Origin: Spirogloea muscicola
Taxonomy: Eukaryota
NCBI GenBank assembly: GCA_009602725.1
Contig: WELB01000004.1
Coordinates: forward strand, 622,119 to 686,118
DNA length: 64,000 nt
Direction: 5' to 3'
How positions within the stretch are numbered: position 1 is the first letter of the stretch; every line of letters starts with the position of its first letter. Positions 1 to 10,779 of this stretch are shown here, one piece after another. A program made the position numbers and the translations under genes. The notes under the pieces were generated by a model. The model saw nothing but the letters and a program-made list of their open reading frames with translations, was not told the origin of the DNA and searched no databases.

Positions 1-180
1 CGCGCCGCCCGCGGCGCTGGATGTCGCGGCGTCGAGCTCCGCAGCCGCCGCCGCCGTCGCCGCCGGCGGGGGCGGGCCGTCGGAAGTTCAAAGACCCCGG
101 AGGACCTTGCTGCCTTTTTCGGTGGCGGGAGGGCAGGGGTTCGAATCCTGTCCACCTCCGGTCCGGCTCCTCCTGCCATT

Positions 181-219
<39 letters not shown>

Positions 220-1653
220 CGGCCTCCTGGTGGCTCCTGTGCTCGAGCAGCCGCCTGGTCGCCGCTTGCCCGCGCCGCTGCGTCGGCCCCGCCTCTCCCG
301 GCCCCGCCGCACTCTGCGCGGGCTCCTCTCTGCCTGGCCGTCCACAGCCGTCGCCCCATCTAACGGCGCTCCGCTCCAGTCCTGCATCTCATCTCCCTCT
401 CCTCGTCGGCATTGCCAATGCCTGGCGACCTCCATGGAGCAGAGGTCCTGTCCACCACACTGCGGGGCTGACTCCGAGCCCCGAGCAGGGGGGTCGTTCG
501 GCATGGCGGCCCACAGCTGCGCCTGCAGGCCGGCGGACTTGTCCAGGGGCTCACGGCTTCGGGCCTCTTTGAGCTCCAACGTTCTGACTGACTGCCTGTG
601 CAAGGTCTCTTGCCCTCGCCACTCACAGCCGCCACCGTCCTCCTTATTAAGCCAGCAACCTCTTCGTCGGTCTTAGTGGGCTGGCCTGTCTGCTGCCAAG
701 TGCTTTGACCCTGCCCTCTCCTTCCAGGCACACTGCAACTGCATCCAGGGCGCTGCTCTTTGTCCTCAATGTGTAGAGAACGTGCAGAGGTATCTGCCTT
801 CATTTGTAGCTCATGATGTCAACGACAGCGACCATGGCACCCAGCACCTCGTGGGTCTTTGGGCTTATTCTTGAGTGACGGCTGCTGCTTGTGACTCTGA
901 GAGCCTTCTGTGACCCTCTGTGACCCCAGTCCCTTGGTCACAGAAGGCTCTCATAAGCACTTGGAAATTACTTAGAGGGTGATGGCAAGGATGCTCCGAA
1001 TAACCTCACGTGTAAGAGATGCATACCCTGTATCTGGGGTCTCTTTCACATCTCACACCGCGGGAGAGTGCATGCCTCTTCTTGGACATGAGGAGGCAGT
1101 GGTCGATGAGCAACATGCCTCTCTAAAATTTTGAGCCACCTAGGACTGCTGACGAGAAGCACACGCAGATTACTTTTCCGCTTTCTTTGATAGCTAGCTC
1201 AACTAGGTGTATATATGAGAGACTTACTTTCAGACGAATCATTTTCAGATGTAGAATGCTCTGTTCTCGTCTCCTAGATATACGGGCAGTGGCATGTCCA
1301 GAATTTGGCTATTTGCTCAAGTCACAGCCAAGCCAGCCACCACAAAACATTTCGACACAGGAGGGGCAAGTGGAGACCTGATGTGTACTCCAAAATTGTG
1401 TGACCTCAGCATGGAAGTCCACTAAATCGTTCATTCCCCTACATCCTGATGACTGGTGAGACTAAGTGTCGACTACACGACGCAGCAGTGTCATGTTGAG
1501 CAGGTGAGACAAGCTAAGAAAACCCTTCTTCTTCATCGCAGTGCTATATCTTCACAGCATGCCTCAACTCTTGTGACCCTGCTGCTCCACTCCACCAGTG
1601 AGCCCCCGCGATTCAGGGCTAGTTAGACTGGCTCGCAATTGACAAGCAGCCCC

Positions 1654-4600
1654 CTAATCGGCATTCTGACTCCCCGTCTGTGTTGCGCCTGGCGGGCCCC
1701 CGTTGCCATTCTCGGGGGGTAGTCCGCTGCCCCACTTACCTTCGGACTCGAGCGGCTCGATGACCTGCACCCCGCCGTCGCTCAAGCCGAGGGCGAATTG
1801 ATTCGGCTCGGATGGGTGTGCCGCAACAACCATGGGGTAGGCGAGAGAGTTGCCAGGAGATGGCGTGTGGACAGCGGACGCGATCCGGCACCTTGGCCGC
1901 AGAGTTTCCGCCTCAAAGACGCATGCAGAGCCGTCGACAAAACCGGCAAACACCAGCTGGCTGTCGCACGAGTAGACCGCTGCCGACACTGGCGCAGACA
2001 GCGCGCCATTGGTGGGCACCCACTGCAGCAGTCGCATCAATGCCAAGCATCAGCTCTACCGTACAGCAGACTTGGCTTCAACTCTGGATTAGGAATGTGT
2101 GGCTCCGTCTCTCCTTGCAGAACTCCTCAAAACATGTCAATCTGCTACTGAGTAAGGTAAGCACTCTTAGGGAGTAGGGCCGGGGAGCCGAGGACCTGGC
2201 GCAGGCGCTCCAACTTGGCGGCATCATACACGGCCAGCTGAGACTCGTGCACAACCAGGATGCGAAGCTGGTCGTTGTGGAACTGGACGCGGGTGTCACC
2301 AGCATTTAGCACCGTGCGGCCCGCCGCATTCATGAGTGACTTCATCTTCCTCTTCTCCCACCCATCCGTGCCCCAGACATAGAGCTGTGTGACCAAGACA
2401 TCACTCCAATGAGTTACAAAGTCGGGGAACAGATTCGCAATGATGACTATGACATACGTGGGCAATTGCCAACTTTGTTGATGGTGGAGTAACCAGAGCT
2501 CCAATTTGCTTGCTCGTTGCATCACATTTTCCACGACACACATGAAAGGTAACGCAGTTGCATTCACATTGACCATGCAGAGTTTACGAGCTAGGCAGTA
2601 GCCCGATGGACAATACCTGAGCATCCGCACCAGACGATACGAGCACGTTGAGGGCATTGGAGAAGGCCAGCCCTGTAATGCGCTTCTGGTGGCCCTTGAG
2701 CTTGCTCTTCACCTGCACCGCAGCAAGATAGAATACAAGCACGCATTGACAGGCGACCACTTGTTCTGACAAGCTGGAGCTGCAGTGACTTGCAGAATTG
2801 TTGGGAAGAAAGATGCATGCTCTCTTTGAAGTCCTCAACAAGCTATACTTGACCACTTCTCTCATTCAGCCCTGCCGCACCTCGTCAAGTCGCACGTTGT
2901 ATATCTGGATGGTTGAGTCGTCCATGCCAATGGCGATGATATTGTTGTCCTGCGGATGGAATGCCAGGAACGTGGCTGCTGGCGGCGGAGCCATGAATGT
3001 CGTCATGACCTAAAGACCAGGCAGCTCGTCGTAGTCAGCTGAAGCAAATACCCGCATGGAGCTCGTCTTGCATCCAGCGCCGCCGAGCACAGCCAGAATG
3101 CAGGAGCAGGGACCGGAGCAGCCAATACCTTGAAGGTGAGCATGTTGAATAGCGAAACCTTGCCGCCAGACGCAGACATGACATAGGAGTCGTTCTTGGA
3201 CAGTGCAATGCAGGGAACAGCGTCTTCGTCGGTCATATCACCGGCAATATCGTTGGTCATCAGAATTCCGCTCGCCGGCTGCCACAGCTGCGGCGGCGAT
3301 GTGGCAGTGGCCTGCAGAGGAGGGTGCAGCCGGCCAGCCATTTCCCGCACGTCAGCCGCCAGCTCGCAGATGTTCCACAAAGCACCGCAACTAGACTCAT
3401 CAACCTTCTGCAGGATGAGCACCCATGGCTGCTCTGCTGCCAGCAGCAAGACGCCAACTGCTGAGGCCTGTCTAAAAGGGGGCAGCACCACCTTGCCAGA
3501 TTGGTTGCGCTCGTTGCGCTGCCACTTCCACAGCTTGTGCACAGCGTTGGAGGCGAGTGCAAGCAGCGCCACGCCCGAGTTGGTGTAGATAAGGCGCGAC
3601 ACCTGTGCCATGACCAGAGACCCCGGAGGATGGTGTGAGTCTGCCATGCAGCACAGCTGGCCAATGCAGCAACAGAAGTGGGAGGAGGAAGCAGGCAGTC
3701 ACCTTGCTGGCAGGCAAGCTGTCGGGCAGTCGCGTGGTGCGGCACTGGGAGGCGTCGGCCACTTCGGCAAGCTTGTGCTGCTTGCTGCTGCGCTCGGACA
3801 CGCCGTCCTCCAGTGTGCCAGCGCGGGGCCTAGCTCGCTCTGTATCGGCTGCGCCGTTCTGCTGCAGGACCCAACACGGGCAGCGTTGGAGGTCAGCTCT
3901 TAGTAAGTAGCTGAGCTGAAATATAGCTGACAAGCAAGCAACCACACAAAAAACGGCAAGTGGGTGTTTGCGTTGGAGTCCGTCGCGGGAGAGACAGGCG
4001 AGAAAATTTGGGCAAGTGAGAGAAGGTGAAGCCTGCAGAGTAGTAAGAGGGAGGAGGGGAGGGAGGAGGAGGGGGTGCAAGAGAGGACCTGGATATTCAG
4101 GACAGCGACTGGGGAGCTGCGCTCGCCACTAGCAGGCACAGAGTGGCTCGGTGGAACAGCAATGGTCAAAGACGAGCCACCTGCCGGCTGCGGGGCCCAA
4201 TGCGACATCGGGCAAGAACAGATGGCTGTAAGTCAGTAGCCACTCATGCTGCTTAAGTCCTTCCTGGCAGCACCAGCCATTGAGCAGCAGCAAAGCAAGA
4301 GCCATTGAAAGCTGACCCAGTATCACAGGTGAGTGGGAGGACCACCTTGGCAGTGGGCGTGTCAGCAGGTCGGGCAGCCTCGAGGTGCCGCAGCAACCGC
4401 ATGCCGGCGTCGTTGGCCAGGATCTTGACAGTGTTTTCAGACGCCGTCACGGCAAGCAGCGAACCATCCCTGTTGAAGCGTAGTCGTGGTTTTGGCTGCG
4501 CACACAAGGGTGGCAGGAAGTGCACCAGATTCAGGAACGAAGCTCGACTTTGCATGTGCAGACACTTGAGGATGTTTGGGTGTTCAGAAGTCAAGCTTTG

Positions 4601-7600
4601 GGTCAAAGGCTTCGGGGTTTGACTGTAGAAATTGAGATTAAGGGTGGCGCGGCGGCTGCAGCACCGCTGGCAAGAGTGGCTCACAAGCAGGTTGCCATCG
4701 GCGTCCAGGGTGAGGAGCACGTTGTCATTGTCCATGTCCCAGAACTTGACAAGGAACTCGTCACCAGCCGCCAGGAAGCGGTTGCGCGTCGTATCAAACT
4801 GCACGACCCCTTGCAAGCGCTTGCGGAAGCCAGCAAAGCGCCGCTTGATTGCGCCCTCGCTCTCATTCCACTCCACGAGTGACGATTCCCCATCCCGGCT
4901 TGTGCCGCACGAGAAGAGCCTGCAAGTGCACATGCCCATCATGAGTCACTCGAGTGACATGCATGCAATGGTCGGTGCACCCAAGCCCGTCGGCAGCTTA
5001 TGAGTGGTAGCTTGCACAAGCCCAGGCGCATAACTCCACAAGCTATGACTTGCCATGCTGTGTAGTGAGGAGCTGGAATGAAGCTAAGGCTTGGTCATCT
5101 TTACATTTTATCTACATAGCGTAAGAGTCAGGAAGCACCTTGTGCCGTCTGCACTGTACGCCATGGTGGTGCACCCCTTGCCCGGTGCGTCATAGTCGAC
5201 GCGCGATCCCAGGTGGTCGTACAGCCACGCTTTAATCTTCCCATCAATTGCCGTCGAGAAGATGAACTGGCAAAAAGAGGCGCACATTGGGTCAACAAGG
5301 GCGGAGGGGGGAGCTCTAGAGTTGGGGTCGAAGGGGTGCAGGGTGGGGTCACTTGCTCCTCTGGTGCAACATGGAGCGACCGGCACAGAGACAGAGGGTA
5401 GAGGAGCAGAGGTGGGGGAGGAAGGTGGAAAGGTAAGGAGCGAGGTGACTTGCAGGCTGGGAGGAGAGGAGAGGAGGGAGCGGACAAGGCTGTGCCGCTA
5501 AGTGACGGCGGCCCCGCGTTTCTCTCACAAGTGTGGGGGCTTGCCAAGCTGCGGCCAGAGGGCACAGGGAGAGCGCACCTGGATGTTCTCCTTGTGGTGC
5601 GGGCAGACGGAGTACACAGGCGCCTCGTGGCCTTCGAATGTGTACTGCTTGCGGCCCGTCGCGGCGTCCCAGACCTGAGACCACCAGCAGCCATCTCATA
5701 AGTGAGCGTTTCCCGAGGCAATCGAGGGTGATCGCCAGCACGACGGCAAGGTGCTGCTCTTACCTTGATCGTCTTGTCATCACCGCACGTGATGACACAG
5801 AGCTGCTTGTTGGGATGAGAGAATGCCAGGTCGTTGACGCTGCCAATGTGCGCGTCGATCTGTGCGCAGAAGCAAAGGTGGAAAGTAGGGGAGGGAGGAT
5901 GTCAGAGGGGAAGAGATCAAAGAGGGCAGGTCTATAAGGGAAATGACAATGTCGGTCGAAAAGGGGGGCGAAAGAAGACGAGGGAAGGAGCAGCGAGGAG
6001 GGGTGAACCTCGAGGTGCTGGACGAGATGACTGGCCTGCAGCGGCTGGTACATGTAGATGTGCACAATGTGCTTGGAGAACGCGACCCCTGCCATTGCAG
6101 CGGCAGCATGAGGATCGGCCAGGGCAAGAGCAGGGCGGCACTGAGGAGGCAGGAGGGGAGGTTGAGGGACCTCCACAGGTGCTTGTCATGTACTTTGTAG
6201 GTGGTAGAGACCAAGCGGCTGCAGGAGAGGTGGCAAATGGTTCGAGGCTGGACAACGAGGGAAGAGGGAGAGGGGAGAACCAGTGTGGAAAGAGATTGGG
6301 TGGGCAAGAGGGACGAGTGAGGAGGGAGAAGGAGGTATTGGAAGGACTGGGCTTCACCAAGTAGAGTGCCATTGGGCTCCCAGATCACGCGGTTGACAGA
6401 GACAGCGTGCTCCTTCACCAGCGCAGCCTGAGAAGTGTGGCAGTGGCACAGACAGGCCAAGTGAGACCACTAAGCCAGCTGTAAAGGAGGAGGGTGCGCG
6501 AGGAGAGAGGTGCGCACCTGTAGCATTGGGGAGCACTGCGTGGGCTCCCACAGCTGGAATGATGCCTGGACGAGCTTCTCCGGGGAGCCCACCTCCCAGA
6601 TCGCGACATCGCCACTGTTGGTGCCAACTGTGTAGGCAGCGCGCACCGCAGAAGAACGAAGACACCCAAGGCACCCCATCAGCTCGAAGCTGTTCCCGAG
6701 CAGGGGTGTTGAGAAGTTGGAATGATGTAAGTGCTGGCCGCAGAATTGCTGACCCTGCAGCCTGCGAAAGCTGACACAGAGCTGCTCTTGAGGAAAACAG
6801 GGTGTGGGGAGTTCGGTAGCAATAAGGGGGGTGAGGGTATGGAGGGGATGGGGTTTTGTACAAAGGGCCAGGAGGGGGAGGGAGGAGAGAGAGGTAGAAA
6901 TGAGGGAGGAGATAATAGGGAGGCGAAAGAGTGTGAGGGAAGGAGTGAGGGGCGGAGGAGGGGGGTGGTGCACCGAGGAGCAAGGTCTGCTGGTACGGAT
7001 GGAAGTCCATGGACATGATGCAGGAGCCCTGCGAGAGCGTGCGCGCCACCAGCTTGGGCAGGTCCTCGACATCATATGACCCGCCGCCCCCGCCTCCACC
7101 TCCGCCGCCACCGCTGACGCCGCCGCCGCCCCCGCTGACGCCACCTCCGCTGCCGCCGCCCCCGGCCCCTACTGCAGCGGCAGCAGCCGCAGCCTGGTGC
7201 GCTGCCGCCGCCGCTGCTGCAGCTGCCACAGCCTGGTGCTGCGCCGCCGCCTGCGAGGCCAGTCGGCGAGCGACCGCGCATTAGGCCGTTTCAGCCGCAC
7301 GCACGGGAGGGGGGTTACCAAGGCTGCCGCCTGCGCTTCTCCAACACGCAAAAAGCAGGAGGAGGGAGGTTGTGCCCCTACCTCCTCAGGCCGGGCCCGC
7401 TTCATGAGGTGCTCTGCCTCCGCCTGATACTCAACTGACGGGCCCGCCGGGGGTGTACGCGGCCGCTTCAGCAGCGCAGCTGGTGTAAGGAGGCGAGAGT
7501 AGGAGGGAAGAAGCTGGTCTCAGTGCACTTAGACGTCCCTCACGGTGACGGCAGGAGAAGAGAGGAGCAGTCGAAAGAGATCGCTATGAACCGGCATCAG

Positions 7601-9593
7601 GAGACATCAAGAGGTAGGGAGCAGGCCAAAAGTGGCGGTAGAGAGCAGGGAAGGTATGGCAAGGCTGAGGAAAGAGAGGGAGGAGGGCAAGCAAGTAGGG
7701 CAATCCCGTTCACCTGGGTTTGGTGGAGCACTGAGGCCGACGGGCGGGGCACCAGCGGCAGGGTGTGGTGCCGCAGCAGGGTTCTGGCTGCTCATCCAAC
7801 CAGCCATGGCATTCGCTGATGGCGCGCCTGGCTGAAACTGTGGCACAGCGACAATACGGCAAGGTGTGAGAGGGGCCAGCCCCTTTGACGCGGCTGACTG
7901 GGAGCAAGTGAGGGTGCAAGTCTTGCAAAGACAGTGAGGACATGAGCCAGGTGCACGTGGCAGAGAGGCTGACGGGAAGACAACAGGAGATTGTCTCAAG
8001 GAGTACGAGCAAAGGAGAAGAGCAAGGGGAGAAGAAGGCGAAGCACTGAGAGCAAAGAGAATACAGAACTTGTGGAGGGAGAGAGAGTACACTAGCAGGC
8101 AGGAGGTGGGGGAGGGAGGGGGGAGAGAGAAGGGGGGAGCACCGCTGGACTTGGGCAGGTGAGGAAGTGCGATATACAGGAAAGAGGAGAGGGGAGCAGA
8201 GGAGGTGGAGGAGGGCAGTACGCTGTGAGGAAGCGAGAACGGGGCCTGCGGCTTGGGCACGCTCGAGAGCAGCGCCGCAGGCACCGTGGCAGGCCCCGGG
8301 GGTGGCGCGGGGCCTGTCACGGTGGCCCGGCCACCATTGGGAGGGGGGCCGCACGAGTGGTCGATGAACAGCGTCTTGATGTCCGGATTGGGCCGCGGGT
8401 TCTTGCACAGCTGGTGCTGCCAGTTCAAGCTGAAGATGGAGGAGGCAGGAGGAGGGAGGGAGATGGTGAGGTCTGCTGCTGACTTAGGTACGCATGCTCA
8501 CTTGACGCCAAGGTGGTAACCACCAACAGCCCAACCTCGAAGAGCCCCGCGAGGGCTGCCATTGGCGCCAGCGTGCGCACCTCTGATTGATCAGCGTGCG
8601 CAGGCGGGAGGCCTTGAGGTTGGGAAACTGGAGCTTGTCGCGGAACAGCGGGTTGGCCTCGATCAGCTTCTTGAGCTCCAGCAGCATGATGTTGCGGGCA
8701 GACTTGGTGTCTCCGTACTTGGACAGCTGCTCGTTCTCTCTGTTGCGGGCAGCACGCCATGCCCGCCGTGTTCAGCTTGTCATCAGCAGGCGGCGCGGTG
8801 GTGCTGGCAACGGAGGCTGCAGAGGCAGCGGCGGCGACACAAAGTGGCTGGCGGCTGCGCACCGGAAGTTGTCGAGCGTGAGGAGCTGCGTGATCTCCTT
8901 GTACAGCTCCTCGTTGAACGACGAGAACACCTTGAGGTCCTTGACAAGGATGTCCACGGCTTTGGACCGGTCCTGCCTGCGCTAGCGACGGTGGCAAACG
9001 CGAGGCAGGGGCTCAGTGACGAGCGAGCCGGCGATGTCGTGTCCAGTGGGAGGAGGCCGTGAGCAGCAGCCCCAGTACTTCGAATGCCCTCTACTTGGTG
9101 CAGGCGACGCAGCGAACATGCCATGGTTGAGGTGAGGAGGAAGAAAGCTTGGGCAGGCGGGGCAAGGAGAGGAAGTGGGCGCCCACTTGTCGAGCGCCTC
9201 GAGGTACTTCTGCTTGCGGATCTCGAAGAAGATCTTCATGGAGTAGCGGTTGTCGTCGACCTTGGTGAAGCCGGAGAGGTAGCGCTCCACCTCGTCCCAC
9301 TCGCCGTTCAGCACCTGGTCCTCAAAGTACTTCATGTTGAAGAAGAAGCCCGACTCCTGCTCCAGCCTGCCACACGGGGAGGCCGCCGAGGGTCACTCTC
9401 GAGGCCGTCGCACCCACTGGCTGGCCAGCTGCCGAGCCGGCGGCCGTCTCGGCAGCTGCGGCGGCGGGGGCGGCGGCGGCAGCGAAGGCTGGCCGGGGCG
9501 CCGGGAGCCGCACTTGTGGACGGTCTCCTTGAACTTCTCCTCGTCCAGGAACTGCAGGATGAGGAACACGAGCTCCCGGCTGAGCGACGACAT
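1654..9593 (-). CDS. TPL: TOPLESS/TPR transcriptional co-repressor (LisH-CTLH-CRA plus WD40), about 24 exons
   Basis: Starts MSSLSRELVFLILQFLDEEKFKETVHK|LEQESGFFFNMKYFED and contains RLRTLINQSLNWQHQLCKNPRPNPDIKTLF. WD40 exons include IDAHIGSVNDLAFSHPNKQLCVITCGDDKTIK, GVVQFDTTRNRFLAAGDEF, CIALSKNDSYVMSASGGKVSLFNM and AAHPSEPNQFALGLSDGGVQVIEPLESEGKWG. All introns traced are GT-AG and in phase. Confidence 0.97.
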
Positions 9594-9631
9594 GGCCGCG
9601 CCGCCGCCGAGCCACGCGCCCACCGCCGCTN

Positions 9632-10503
9632 TGCTCTTAAGGTACTTCACTTTCATCCTTAATAGCCTCCATAAGCTGCTGTGCTTCAGAGGCATGTTGC
9701 TTGTGACAGTGCTGAAGTTGACCTCTTTGTCGCAACTAACCTCATGGGTGGGATTGAATCTGAAGCTGATTCTAGGAGAAGGGCTCGATCAGAAGGGCTC
9801 TCTAGTGGCAGAGGACAGGCTACGCTTTGACTTCTCTTACAGTGAGTCTTGAGAGCATCCTTTTTTGTTAATGCAGCTGTGCTATTTGCTATATGTTGTG
9901 CTATCTATCTTTGCTTGTGGTCGTCAGAAGTGTTAAATGGACACCCATGAATACAGATACAAGCTTACAAGCTATTAGCATACGATAGTTTGAGTACGAT
10001 GTCACTTCTTTTCTGCACAATTGTGGCTAAAGCTACTGCTTGGCTGCATTGACAGACAAGCCAATAGATGCAAAGGACCTAGGCAAGATTGAGAAATTGG
10101 TCCTCAGAGACATCGAGAGGGCTCAGGCTGTCTATGCCAAGGAGGCGAGTCTAGCAGAAGCCCGGCAGATTGTTGGCCTGCGGGCTGTCTTTGGAGAGGT
10201 CAGCAGATGCGCTGGGCAACCCCGTCTGCTGATATCTGATCCATTAACACATAAGTCTATACAATCAATAGTATATCCATCCCATTGACATTTGTTTCTT
10301 GGGAGGGCAGGGTGGTTTCTCTGAACCCTAGCCTGGCAATCATTGGGTGAATCCGAAGATGATTTCACTGATGTCTGGCGGAGACTTTGGGCAGGTGTAT
10401 CCAGATCCAGTCCGTGTGGTGGCTATAGGTACACCTGTAGAAACACTTCTGGCAGACCCCAAGAACCCTGCATGGAATGAGGTTTCCACAGAGTTCTGCG
10501 GAG
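9632..10503 (+). pseudogene. Internal fragment of an alanyl-tRNA synthetase gene (editing-domain region; one partial and three full exons)
   Basis: Reads ..ALK|GT, then exon 9766-9841 LILGEGLDQKGSLVAEDRLRFDFSY, exon 10056-10198 KPIDAKDLGKIE..GLRAVFGE and exon 10395-10503 [19 protein letters not shown]. Splice sites are intact. I recognise no upstream or downstream AlaRS exons. The fragment begins right after a single-N join. Confidence 0.8.
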
Positions 10504-10779
10504 GTAATGAACCGCCGCGCGCGCCCGCCCCTCGCGGCGCGCCGGGCACCCCCCTGCGCCTCCAAGGCACCTGCACCTCCCCTTAGCCCAGTCATGCACT
10601 GATTTGACTTCCTTCCTTTGGTGGGGAGGGGCCGGTGCTGGCTTGGGCCCGCCCGCGCCGGTCCCACGTGCAGGGCCGGCCGCCCGCCGCGTGGCCGCCC
10701 GGGCCGCGGGCGGGCGCGTGCCGCCCCTCAGAACCGGCTTTTGGCATCCCCGCAGGTTTTCTTAGCAACTCGCACAAAG

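Noticed and set aside
130..165. GGTTCGAATCC B-box/T-loop motif suggesting a tRNA or SINE (also GGGTTCGAACCC at about 43378)
   Set aside because: The T-stem pairs poorly and no cloverleaf or A-box could be built.
21..803. Overlapping GC-rich ORFs with poly-Pro/Arg/Gly
   Set aside because: They are driven by a (CCG)n tract and high GC. No recognisable domain; may be the edge of a gene outside the window.
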